A stretch of DNA of 64,000 bases from Torpedo marmorata (taxonomy: Eukaryota), in the NCBI GenBank assembly GCA_977017645.1, contig OZ360238.1, positions 76,446,001 to 76,510,000 on the forward strand, written 5' to 3'. A program made the position numbers and the translations under genes. The notes under the pieces were generated by a model. That model saw only the letters and a program-made list of their open reading frames with translations, was not told the origin of the DNA and searched no databases. Positions 37,088 through 49,202 of the stretch are shown here, in pieces; the stretch's first letter is position 1; the number at the start of each line of letters is the position of its first letter.

Positions 37088-39255
37088 AATAAGAACATAA
37101 GAAACAGGAGCAGGAGTACGCCATTCGGCCCGTCGAGCCTGCTCCGCCATTCAATGAGATCATGGCTGATCTGATGATATGCTCATCTCCACCTACCTGC
37201 CTTTTCCCTATATAGGTAGTTCTTGACTTACGACCATAATTGGGACCGAAGAATTGGTCGTAAGTCGGATTCAATCTGCTGTGCATATCTGCTACCACCC
37301 CTACTACCATCAACATTATTTTCAATTTAAAACCTGGTTTCCAGCTCTAGTTGTTGTATTTACTTGAATTCTGGTCCTAGCTAATTCAAAGGAAACCCAT
37401 CTTTATGGAACAGCTCACCCACCCGAGCACCCGACGCCCCGACCGCCTACCCATCCGAGCTCCCGACGCACCAGCCACCCGCTCATCAGAGCTCCAGACG
37501 CCCCGACTGCCCACCCACGCGAGCTCCCGACGCCTCGGCCACCCGCCCACCGGAGCTCCCGATGCCCCCGACCGCGGATCCTTGCCTGGGCCGCCCGTCC
37601 ATCCGAGCTCCTGACGACCCAGACATGTCTGTTACCCATAATCCCCCACGCAGCTCTGCGTTTCCCTGGCAGCTGCGTGGGGGATTATGGGTAACGAAGA
37701 TGGCCATTGATCCTGCATTGAGCCGCCGCTCCTGTCCGAGTCCAATGATTACTTCTAACGAGTTTAAACACACTGCTGAGCAGCGTTAAGCTGTGAGCGT
37801 TCAGCGTCGTCGCACACTTTATTATACGATTTTTATGCAGGTGGACGTAACTCTCGTAGGTCGTAAGTTGAGGACTATCTGTATCCCTTAATTCCCCTAC
37901 TATGTAAAAATCTATCCAACCTTGTCTTCGATATATTTGTTGAGGTAGCCTCCACTGCTTCAATGGGCAGCGAATTCCAGATTCACCACCCTCTGGGAAA
38001 AGCAGTTCCTCCACATCTCCGTCCTAAATCTACTGCCCTGAATCTTGAGGCTATGTCCCCTAGTTCAGGTCTCCCCCACCAATGTAAACAACTTACCTAC
38101 CTCTATCTTATCTATGCCTTTCATAATTTTATTTGTTTCTATAAGATTCCCTCTCATTCTTCTAAATTCCAGCGAGTAAAATCCCAGACGATTCAATCTC
38201 TCCTCATAGGCTAACCCCCCTCATCTCTGGAATCAACCTGGTGAACCTCCTCTGTACCGCCTCCAAAGCCAGTACATCCTTCCTCAAGTAAGGAGACAAG
38301 AACTGCATGCAGTACTCCAGATGCAGTCTCACCAGTACCTTGTACAGTTGCAGCATAATCTCCCTGCTCCTAAACTCAATCCCTCTAGCAATGATGGCTA
38401 ACATTCCATTTGCCTTCTTGATAACCTGCTTCACCTGCAAACCGACCTTTTGCGATTCATGCACAAGCACTCCCAAGTCCTTTTGCACGGCAGCATGCTG
38501 CAATCACTTGCCATTTAAATAATACTCTCATCTTCCATTTTCCCTTCCAAAGTGGATAACCTCACATTTACCAACACTGTACTCCATCTGCCAGACCCTT
38601 GCCCACTCAATTAACCTATCTATATCTCTCTGCACTCTCCATATCCTCTGCACAATTTGCTTTTCTTCTCAATTTAGTGTCATCAGCAAACTTAGATACA
38701 CTACGCTCTGTCCCCTCTTCCAGATAGTTTATGTATACCGTGAACAGTTGTGGGCCCAGCACCAATCCCTGCGGCACTCCGCTCACCACTGATTGCCAAC
38801 CAGAAAAACACCCCTGTACCCCAACTCCCTGCTTTCTATTGGTTAACCAATCCTCTATCCATGCTAATACATCACTCCCAACTCTATGCATCCTTATCTT
38901 CTGTACAAGTCTTTTATGCGGCACCTTATTGAACACCTTCTGGAAATCCAGGTAAACAACAGCCATATGGTCTCCTCGATCTACCGCGCTCATTATATCC
39001 TCAAAAAACTCCAATAAATTTGTCAAATAGGACCCGCCTTTGCTGAATCCATGCTGCATCTGCCATTTTGCTCCAGCTTCAAGCATTTTCCCAACTACAG
39101 ATGTTAAACTAACCTGCCTTTTGCCTACATCCTTTTTTAATAGTGCCGCGACATTCGCCGTATTCCAATCCACTGGAACCTGCCCAGAGTCCAGAGAACT
39201 TTGGTAAATTATCACCAAAGCCTCGACTATAACTTCTGCCATCTCCTTTAACCTT
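37088..39255 (-). mobile_element. CR1 LINE 3' part (different subfamily), interrupted by a MITE
   Basis: RT remnants YLDFQKVF, GVPQG, KFADDTK; tail ttcttatgttcttat. Confidence 0.85.
37213..37881. mobile_element. Tc1/Tigger-like MITE
   Basis: TIRs taggtagttcttgacttacgacc / ggtcgtaagttgaggactatctg flanked by TA; splits the CR1 3' UTR; GC-rich degenerate internal repeats. Confidence 0.85.
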
Positions 39256-39259
39256 TCCC

Positions 39260-39885
39260 CTCTCATGCTACGCTGCTCGGCTTTGCTTTGTAGTCCGTGA
39301 TAGCGTGCATACCCTGCCATGCCGTGTGTCTGTGAGGTTCTCTTGGGACTCAAACTTGGTATGATACCATTTCTTGGCTTCCCTGATGGCCTCGTGGACA
39401 TCGTACTTGGATTTCTTGTAGAGAGCCAGGTCTCCTGACTTTAACACCTCTAATCTGTCCTTCAGCAGTGAATCAATTATGTGGCTCATCCATGGTTTCC
39501 AATTGGGGAATGCCTTTATTGTCTTCTTGGTCACACTGTTTTCTACACACTTACTGATGAAGTCGGCGTGGGCAGTGGTGTATTCATTGAGGTTGTTTGT
39601 CGAATCCATGAATACAGACCCGTCTGCTGACTCACAGTTACGTAGGATGTCGTCTGCATCCTCAGACCATCACCTAATGACTTTCACCACTGCCCCCCCC
39701 CCCCCCCTACCCCTTCAGCTTCTGCTTGTATGCAGGTAGCATCAGTACAGCCCAATGGTCTGACATGCCAAGTACGGGTGTGGGATGGAATGGTAGGCAT
39801 CCTTTATAGTTGTGTAGCAGTGGTCAAAGGTTTTGGGGCCTCTGGTGGGACAGGAGACATGCTGATGAAACCTGGGTAGGACACT
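39260..39885 (-). mobile_element. Rex1 internal fragment (endonuclease-RT linker)
   Basis: NEYTTAHADFISKCVE...FPNWKPWM...KYDVHEAIREAK. Confidence 0.7.
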
Positions 39886-40132
39886 GCTGACAGTAGCTTG
39901 GTTGATGCAACTGCCTATTATAAATGCTGCCGTGGGAACTTCGCTTTGAGATATGAATTGCTATACAGCATGAATGAAGACAAATTTCTGTATTATTTAT
40001 GAACAATTGCAACAATGAAGCATTGGTTTTCTGATCTATATGCAACAAATATTTAAAAAAAAATCAAAAAGTCAATCACTATAGATATTTACATACATTA
40101 AATCTAAAGTTATGACATTTTCATCAGTCTAC

Positions 40133-40236
40133 CTGGATGAAGTGAAGAGAGATCCATTGACAGAACCAAAACAGGAGAGCCCTACAAATACAGGGATAAT
40201 CCAGGACATGACTCCCAAGTGGACATTACCAAAGTC
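40133..40236 (-). CDS. SLC7A5: SLC7A5/LAT1-like coding exon (exon 6)
   Basis: gtgcag|GACTTT...TCCAG|gtagac; 104 nt; [35 protein letters not shown]. Confidence 0.95.
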
Positions 40237-40627
40237 CTGCACAAATGAGAAACAGAGAAATTATACACTCCAGTTTGGAAATAATGCACCATAAAACAAA
40301 GTAATAAAAGTTGCTTTAGATTTTGTGGATCTATTCACCTGTTTACTTCAAAGAATGTCTCACTTTGAACCAATAAAAAAAATTCAAACGTTCTATAATT
40401 TTAAAATTGTTTTATTTTATTGACAGGACTCTATGTTTTGTGTGGATGAAGCTGGAGAAAAAAACATACCGTACTTCTCCAACTAACAGAAATATGTTGT
40501 CATGCATGCTTCCAATATTACTCTTGAATCAGGAAGATACAAGGAGACTTCTTCCCAAGAGGGATGGACTCAGGGCTGAATCCTACTTAATGCAGGATGT
40601 TGAAAGAAGTGCCAGGCAATGAAAAGG

Positions 40628-40790
40628 AAACCCAGCTCTGTAGTTAAGTGCACCAAACTAAACCCAGCTCTGTAGTTAAGTGCACCAAACTAAACCCAGC
40701 TCTGTAGTTAAGTGCACCAAACTAAACCCAGCTCTGTAGTTAAGTGCACCAAACTAAACCCAGCTCTGTAGTTAAGTGCACCAAACTAAA
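40628..40790. repeat. 32-bp tandem repeat, 5 identical copies
   Basis: aaacccagctctgtagttaagtgcaccaaact x5. Confidence 0.95.
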
Positions 40791-41869
40791 CTCTGACTTT
40801 AATCACAATACAATCAGTTATGAACATTTTATAAAATCCAGATTATGCCATTCTTTTCAAAATGTTGATTTAAATGTAAGTTGTACGTGGTGACAATGGA
40901 ATGGATGGCACTAAGGGTTTGCTTTTATAACCAATATTAGCTGAGTGCTAAATCCTTTGTTGGTCAAATTAACACCAAAATTCATGGAATATCAGGAATA
41001 TCTACATAATTCTTAAACAGCTTGAAAAATTGAGCATTGATTTTATATTTTATATGCTGCAAATAAAAAGCTCATCGCTAAAGATGTTTTATGCTGGATA
41101 ATTTCCATGGCTGACCAGAGAAATCAACGGTAGAGTCTTATAAACTGTCAGAAATAGCAGTAGGATTGGAAACATTTAAGAAATGAGCAAAGGAAGACCA
41201 ACAAAATCCAAAAGAAAATAACATGAAAATAAGTTTATAAGAACCAAAACAGAGTTTATGAACTTCTCTCGATACATTAAAAGCAGGACACTAGTAAAGT
41301 AAACTGTGGATCCTTCACAGAGAGCAAATTTGTTAATAAGGAAAAGACAGAGAGATTACGGTATATTCTGTTTTAGTCTTTAGAAAATAAAACAAAAATC
41401 CTGCTAAAAGTACGAGAGCACCAAGTCTCTCAAGAATGAGGAACTAAAAGGGATTAGTAATGGTGATTAAAAAAAGAGTATTAAGACAAGTTGGTGGGAA
41501 CGAAAGACAATAATTCCAAGGATCCAATTATCTACATCCCAGAATATTGTGAGAGGTGTATGGAGATGGCGGATGTTCTGATTTTCAACTTCCGAAATTC
41601 TATATAATCTGGTTTGGTTCCTGCAAATTGGAGGTAGCAAATATGTATTTACTATTTAAGAAAGGAAAGAGAGCAGACAGGGAACTACTAACCTGTTACT
41701 AATGGGGAAAATGCTTGAACCTACAATGAAGAACTAATAACATAATACGAGAAAAAGATTATGCTTGAGCAGTCACAATGGATTTATGAAAGAGAAATCA
41801 TGTTTGATTAATCTATTTTGTTAAAGATGTGATGATTAGAAAAGATAAATAAGAACTAAAAGGGTGGCA

Positions 41870-42200
41870 AAGGGGAACAGCAAGCAGAGCGGTTAACTTG
41901 CAGCTCCAGAGATCCAGGATCAATCCTGATCTTGGCACTGTCTGTGTGGAGCTCTTATGTTCTTCCTGTGACTACATGGGTTTCCTCTGGGTGCTCTGGT
42001 TTCCTCCCACAAGGCCACATGCAGGTTGGTTGGTTAATTGGCAACAGTAAATTATCCCGTGCAGATGAATGGTAGAGTCTTGGAGGTGCTCATGGGAATG
42101 TGGAAAGAACAGAAAATGGGATTTATGAAGGATTGGTGTAAATGAGTGGTTGATGGTTGGTGCAGACTCAGTGGGCTGAAGGGTACATATCTATGACTGT
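41870..42200 (+). mobile_element. Degenerate V-SINE
   Basis: ctgtctgtgtggag..tgttcttcctgtgact..tgggtttcctctgggtgctctggtttcctcccaca core. Confidence 0.7.
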
Positions 42201-42257
42201 TAGAGTTGGGGTATTTAGATTTGTAAGAAGTCTTTCAATAAAGTGGCTGTGATGCTT

Positions 42258-43870
42258 CACTACCCAATGAGCTGAACACCTATGCTCGCTTTGAGAAGAA
42301 GAACTCAACAGTGCCAATGAGAATCCCTGCAGAGGCTGAGGACCCTGTGATATCTGTCTCTGAGGCCGATATCAGAACATCATTCAAGAGGGTGAACCCT
42401 CACAAGGGTTCAGGCCCTGACGGCGTACCTGGCAGGGTACCGAAAATCTGAGCCAACCAACTAGCCGGAGTGTTCACGGACATTTTCAATCTCTCACTGC
42501 TGCCGTCGGAGGTTCCCACCTGCTTCAAATCAATCATCCCGGTCGGTGCCCAAGGGCAGAGTGAGCTGCCTCAACGACTATTGCCCAGTAGCACTCACAT
42601 CTACTGTGTTGAAATGCTTTGAGAGGTTGGTCAAGCCAGAATTAACATGTACCTAAGTAAATGTCTGGACCCACTGCAATTCGCCTACCGTCACAATCGC
42701 TCCACAGCAGACACACTATCACTGGCTCTCCACTCAGCTTTGGATCTCTGAGACAACAGCAACTCATACATCCAGCTACTCTTCATCTATTACAGTTCAG
42801 CTTTCAACACCATTTTCCCCTCAGTGCTGGTCAACAAGCTCCAAACCCTGGGCCTCTGCTCCCCCCTCTGCAACTGGATCCTTGACTTCCTCATCGGAAG
42901 ACAACATTCAGTATGAATTGAAAACAATGTATCCTCCTCACTGATGATCAACCTCAAGGATGCGTGCTTAGCCCACTGCTTTACTCACTCTACACCCATG
43001 ACTGTGCGGCTTGGCACAATTCAAATGCTATCTGCAAATTTGCCGATGACACCACGGTTGTCGGCAAAATCATAGACGGCAATGAGGAAGCATACAGGAG
43101 GGAGATAGATCAGCTAGTTGAGTGGTGTCACAACAACAACCTCGCACTCAACGTTTTCAAAACCAAGGAGATGATTGTGGATTTCAAGAGGAAATCAGGA
43201 GAACACAAACCAGTCCTCAGTGAGTGGTCAGCAGTGGAGAGGGTCAAGAACTTGAAATTCCTGGGTATCAACATCACTGAGGATCTGTCCTGAAGTCTCC
43301 ATGTCGATGCAATCACAAAGAAGGCTCGCCAGCAGCTACACTTTGTGAGGAGTTTGAGGAGATTCGGTATGTCACCGAAGACTCTCGAAAACCTCTACAG
43401 GTGTACCGTGGAGAGCATTCTGGCTGGTTGCATCACTGCCTGATATGGAGGTGCCAACGCTCAGGACAGGAAAAAACTCCAGAGGGTTGTTAACTCGGCC
43501 TGCGACATCACGGGCACCAGTCTTCACTCCATCGAGGACATCTACAAGAGGCGGGGTCTTAAAAAAGCAACCTCTATCCTCAAGGACCCCCACCACCCAG
43601 TCCATGCCGCCCTGGCCATGCCGTCTTCACTCTGCTACCATCTGGAAAAAGGTACAGGAGTCTGAAGATGAGCACTCAGCGGCACAACTTCCCCTCTGCC
43701 ATCAGATTCCTGAATGAGCAATGAACAACAGACACTACTTCACTTTGTCTTTTTCTTGCACTATTTTTATTTATTTTGAAATGTGGTTTACATAGAAATA
43801 TTTGCACTGTGATGCTGCCGCAAAACAACGAATTTCATGACATGTTTATGACAATAAATTCTGACTCTGA
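42258..43870 (+). mobile_element. Rex1/Babar LINE, degenerate, inserted in an old CR1 (~41140-44350)
   Basis: RT motifs with stops and frameshifts; Rex1 tail at ~43850. Confidence 0.9.
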
Positions 43871-44367
43871 AGTCTCATATTAGAAATTGCTTAACAAAGT
43901 TAGAGCAAGTGGAACTGGGGCCAATCTACTGGCATGGACTGACAACGGATTAATGTACACATAGCAAAAAATAGGAATAAACTCGTCTTTCTTGGTTGTC
44001 AGGCTGTGTCTAAGAGTATCACAGGGATCTATGCTCAGGGCTGAGCTATTCACAATCTATATCAATCATTTGGCTGAGGCATTAAATGTCATATTTCCAA
44101 GTTTGGAAATTATTGTAGTTGGGGAGGATGCTGTAAACAAGTTCAAGAAGATATAAAAAGGCTGTGTGAACCATGTAAAGTCATCTAACTTTTGCACAAA
44201 ACAGAAGGTAGAGTATTTTCTAATTGGTGACATATTGGTAAATGTTAATATTCAAAGGGAATATTCAAAGGGACCCATGTGTCCTTGTATACAAGTCATT
44301 GAAAGTTACATGCAAGAACTCAGGAAAGCAAATAGTGATTGGCCTTAATTATAAAATTTTAATTTTA

Positions 44368-44575
44368 TTTACAGCACGGCAGAAACCAATCCTGGCTATT
44401 TAAATCCATGTCACCAAATTACACCCAAATTAACCTGCAACCCCATACGTTTTGGAGGATAGGAGGAAGCTGGAGCACCCGGGGAAAACCAACGCAGACA
44501 CGGGGAGAATGTACAAACACCTTCCAGACAGCACCGGATTCGAACCTGGGTTGCTGGCACTGTAACAGCGTCACA
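44368..44575 (-). mobile_element. V-SINE
   Basis: Same head, B box (ggattcgaacc on plus) and core as 21393-21628. Confidence 0.8.
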
Positions 44576-44856
44576 CAAATGATTTAAATACTGTATATGG
44601 GTGCTAAATTATGTCGGCCTTGATTCTGACAAACAGCACAGCAGGCCTGAAGGGCCACACATATCCACTTGTTCCTGTTTTTCTTTGTTCTCATCGCACT
44701 TCATGTTGGAAACAATTGAGAAATATAGCTTGTACTACTTTCCTATTCTATTAACATAAACTTGACCATTCACTAATTTTGGTTGCAAACAGTTTCATCA
44801 TGCAAAGCATATACAATTATATTTAAGGAGTAATGGAATGTTTCTTGATTACTAAC

Positions 44857-44980
44857 CACAGCTACTGCTTGTGAATGCAGCATTTGCTTAGGAGACAGGG
44901 TAGTAAAATATGCCAGGTTGGTCAACACGTAAACAGATGTCACAACTGGCATGGAGATTATAATAGCACGAGGCAAATTC
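44857..44980 (-). CDS. SLC7A5: SLC7A5/LAT1-like coding exon (exon 5)
   Basis: ttccag|GAATTTG...GCTGTG|gttagt; 124 nt; [41 protein letters not shown]. Confidence 0.95.
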
Positions 44981-45082
44981 CTGGAAAACAATGAAAGGTT
45001 GTTGAAGGTGAAAGTCCTCATACAAATCATTTCACATGTCATGAAAATTATGTGTTTAAGATCCACAGTTAAAATTCACTGG

Positions 45083-46310
45083 AGCAACAAACAATCTCCT
45101 GGAGGAACTCAGCCAGTACAGCAGCATCAGTGGGAGAAAAATAAATTGTCAACATTTCAGGCTGGAACCCCTGACTGAGACTGAGGGTAGGTAGCCAATA
45201 TAATGTGGACAAGGTGAGAGGGATTGAACAATGAACCAAGGAGGGGTGAAGGATGACACACACAGGCAGTTGATTGGCAGGTGCCAGACAAAGGGAGAGA
45301 GAGAGGCAAGAAGAGAGAAAGGGATCAGTCATACAGGGTGGAGTGGATTGATTAGTGGAGACAAAGACTGCCAGTGCTGGAATCTGAAAAAAAAAATAGC
45401 GAGGTAATGAGAGCTGTTGGGGAAGAACTGTTAGAGAAGGTCAGATGAAACCAGATGGACCCAAAGAGGGGTGGGGGAAGAATCCAGGGGAATTGTCAGT
45501 AAAGTGGCTACAACGGGATCACCAAATGCAGTAGATGAGGTTAGAGAGATGCATGTGAATCTTTGCCTCACGTGGAAGTGTTGCTTAGGTCCCTTGATGG
45601 CAGTGGGGGAGGGAGAAAGAGCAAGCATCGCACCTCCTGTGGTTTCAGGGTAAAGTACCAGGGGTCACAGAGAGGTAAATAGGGAGAGATGAGTGGACAA
45701 AGGAGTCACAGAAAGAGTGGAAGGCAAAGGGTAGGGAGGGAGAATGTGGCTGTTTGTGGGGTTCAGTTGCAGCTGGTGGAAATGATGTGCTGAATGTGGA
45801 ATCTGGTGAGGTGACAGGACAGGGGAACCCTATCCTGGTTCTGTTTGGAGGAGGGGCAGTGAGAGAACTCTGAGAAATGAAGGAATTGCAGGTGATGGCT
45901 CTATTGACGTCATCCTTCACCAGCTTTCACTGGCCCCTGTCATACCTCTCACACCCTGTCCTCATTATACTGGCTATCTCCCGCTGCAGTCTTGATGAAG
46001 GTTTGAGATGTTGACTATTTCTCCTACTGATGCTGTTCAACCCACTGAGTTCCTCCAGCAATAAAATGCAAAAGTGTGAAGACACCTTGGTTGAAGTAAA
46101 AACACAATGCTGGAGAAACTCAGCAGGTCAATGTACTTTATGAGATGAAGGGGTCAAGCCCAAAACGTTGGTTATGTATCTTTATCTTTATTAAATAAAG
46201 TACACTGTTTGACCTGCTGAGTTTCTCCAGCATTGTGTTTTTAATAATTCCTCCAGCAGATTGTTTGTTGCTTTAGATTCCAGCATCTACAGTCTCCTGT
46301 GTGTCTCTAG
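45083..46310. mobile_element. Old PLE remnant with inverted pLTRs, 13-bp flanking direct repeat and a nested foldback mini-PLE
   Basis: taaaattcactgg at 45070-45082 and 46311-46323; ends agcaacaaacaatct.ctggaggaa / ttcctccagcagattgtttgttgct are inverted; internal KGPKQHFHVRQRFTC. Confidence 0.72.
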
Positions 46311-47385
46311 TAAAATTCACTGGTTGCACAGTTTTCAGATTAGCAGTACTGTTTATATCCAATACAATAAAGTTCCAAAATTTTAACAATCATGAATTAA
46401 CATTGCAAACAGTAGGCCCACATGCAATGCTCCACAGAGTTCTTTAGAAAACAAGAATGTTGAGCTCCTTATGTAGGAGGAACGTTGTTTCATTTGAGAT
46501 TTCAAGTGAAGCAAAGCTAGCCAGTTTTACAGGCAATTAACATTTTTGGAAGCCAGCCTGTCATTTTCCAGTTTGTTAAAAATGAAAAGGAACACACAGT
46601 GTACAAGAGTTAGCCAAGGAACCAGAGGAGCCTATAAAATTAACACAAAATGTTGGAGCAGGTCAGGCAGCATCCATGGAAGGCAAAAGATAGTTGACAG
46701 AACCTATTAGAATATCTGGAAACATCACTGGTTTTCAAGCACAGTTTTACCAAAGTTTTGTAAATAAGGCCATCAGATTAGTATTGACAAATCTCAGGGT
46801 CAACCACTGTATATATTTCTGGGAACATTTTCAGAATGTCATCTTAGATAAAGTTTACCAGGTTAAAACCAGGTGAATGTTATATGAATAAAGTGATGAA
46901 CCTAGGATTGTTTGCTTTCGAGCAGAAGAGCAGAGTTGTCATACAGCTACGAAAAATCATAAGGGGTTTAGATACAGCAAGTCAGCAACCAGAGATTTAA
47001 GTTAGTCTTTTTTTCCCCATAGAGGGTACACATGATTTGATGAATTATGGATAAAATTATTCATGATGTTAGTAAGATTGGAAAACCAGCAGGATTTGTC
47101 AAGGCAAATACTTTAATTTTTGAAGAGCTAAAACACAATGGATTGAGGAATGTCCATAAATGGCATTTTAAACTGATATCTTTACAACATTTGATAAAGT
47201 TTTTCCATAGTAAGCATCTGGCTAAAGTTTAAAGGGTTAGAAATTCTTCATTTCCTGTAAAACTGTTTAAACATGCATTGCCAGGCATTCCAATGAATAT
47301 CTATCGTCAAGGATCCAGTGCTGCAAAATACTATTAGGGATTAAGACAGCTAAAAGTCAACTAAAAGTTGACCACATCACTTTAG

Positions 47386-47630
47386 GGCAGCACGGCTAGT
47401 GAAGCAGTTAGCGCAATGCTGTTACAGCGCCAGCGATCGGGACCAGGGTTTGAATCCTGCGCTGTGTGTAAGTTTGTACGTTCTCCCCGTGTCTGCGTGG
47501 GTTTTCTCCGGGGGATTTGGTTTCCTCCCACCGTTCAAAACGTACCGGGGGTTTAGGTCAATTGGGTGTAATTGGGCGGCACGGGCTCATGGGCCGAAAG
47601 GGCCTGTTACCATGCTGTATGTCTAAATTT
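47386..47630 (+). mobile_element. V-SINE
   Basis: ggcagcacgg..agcagttagcgcaa head, V core, and CR1-type tail gggccgaaagggcctgttaccatgctgtat. Confidence 0.85.
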
Positions 47631-48302
47631 AAAAAAAAATTAAAGACACCATGCAACCACAAGGGCCTTTCCTTTGGGGTTTGCACTTCTGTAGAGCTTG
47701 TAAAATAGATAGGTTCATTTCTGGATTGTGAGCCTGTGGTAATGGGTGACAGGCAGTAAAGGTCAAGGGATAAACTGGTAGAATTGGAAGCTCTGGTGTT
47801 GGAGATGGAGAGGGGTGAGATTGGCAACTGGAGGGAAGAGGGATGCCATTGAGTTGAAAGTGGAGATTGTGAACAGGAAAAAAAACCATGGTCTTGAGGT
47901 GCTACTGTGGGAGTTGAGTTCTCTTTGTGAAACACTGGACCTACTCAGACAGGCCTCCTTTAAATTAAGACAAAACTGGCCTTGCGTGTCTTTTGAAGGC
48001 CCGATGAAGCGTGAATCGCCCACGTCATCTGCAAGTCAAGCTTGTGGTAATGAAATTTATGGAAGTAGAAATGAATAAAAATAGAAGCTGGACGAGACCA
48101 TGTGGCTCCTCAATCTTGCTGTCATTTGATACCATCTTGGCTGATATTCTATCACAGTAACATATTCTTGTTCTCTTTTCATATGCCTCAATGTCATTTG
48201 TGTTTGGAAATCTTCTTCTTAAATATACTAAGTGACTTAACCTCCACTGCACTCAGCAGTTAAGGATTCCATAAGTTTACTATCTTCTTCCCACGGGCAG
48301 TG

Positions 48303-48706
48303 AGCAGCAGCAATCATCAAAGACCCATACCACCCAGCACAAGCTCTGTTCTCGCTGCTGCCATCAGGAAAGAGGTATAGGTGCCACAAGACTCGCACCA
48401 CCAGGTTCAGGAACAGCTGCTACCCCTCCACCATCAGACTCCTCAACGACAAACTCAATCAGAGACTCATTTAAGGACTCTTACTTGTGCACTTTATTGA
48501 TTTTCTTATTGTTCTCTCTGTTTTGCACAGTTTGTTTACATTTGTTATCTGTTTACGGTTCTTTGTTTGTTTACATGTTTTACGCTGTGTAGAGTTTATT
48601 TTTTGCACGACCAATTAGTGGTAATTTTGCCGTGCTTGCAGGAAAAAGGAATCTCAGGGTTGTATGTGATTTCATATATGTACTCTGACAATAAATCTGA
48701 AATCTG
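48303..48706 (+). mobile_element. Rex1 3' end inserted in another Rex1 3' end (host 48283-48776 + 53262-53422)
   Basis: Nearly identical to 63080-63475; the host sequence cttcttcccacgggcagtgag|ctgaacgaacaaagg matches 10131-10170. Confidence 0.85.
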
Positions 48707-48976
48707 AACGAACAAAGGAACTGCTCACACTAACCATCTCATATGTACAAAACAATACTTATTTATTTATCTGTATCAGTGGTTTTCAAACTGCCCCCCT
48801 AAACACATATTCCACCTTAAGCAATCCCTATGCCATAATTGCTCTGTGATTAGTAAGGAAAAAAAAAAAAAAAGTAAACACGAAAATCTGTAGACACCGT
48901 GGTTAGAGTGAAAAACACAAAAGCTGGAGAACTCAGCAGGTCAAACAGTGTCTTTTATGTAGCAAAGGTAGAAATA

Positions 48977-49017
48977 TATAACCGACGTTTCAGGCTTGAG
49001 CCCTTCTTCAAAGTATG
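48977..49017 (-). ncRNA. Minimal hammerhead ribozyme in the 3' pLTR
   Basis: catact-TTGAAGA-a-GGGC tcaa GCCT-GAAA-cg-TC-ggttata on the minus strand. Confidence 0.72.
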
Positions 49018-49202
49018 AGAAAATGCCGGCAGACGTCCGAACAAAGGAGTGAGGGGGGGAGGGGGGTGGCAAAGGCAGGAGATAATAGGTGGAGAAAGGA
49101 GGGAGGGGACAGTAGCAAAGAGGGGGAGGAGGGATGGCTGGGTAGCTGGAGAAACACAGGAAGGACAGGTGAGGGGGGAGGGGAAGGGAACAACAAGCAG
49201 GT

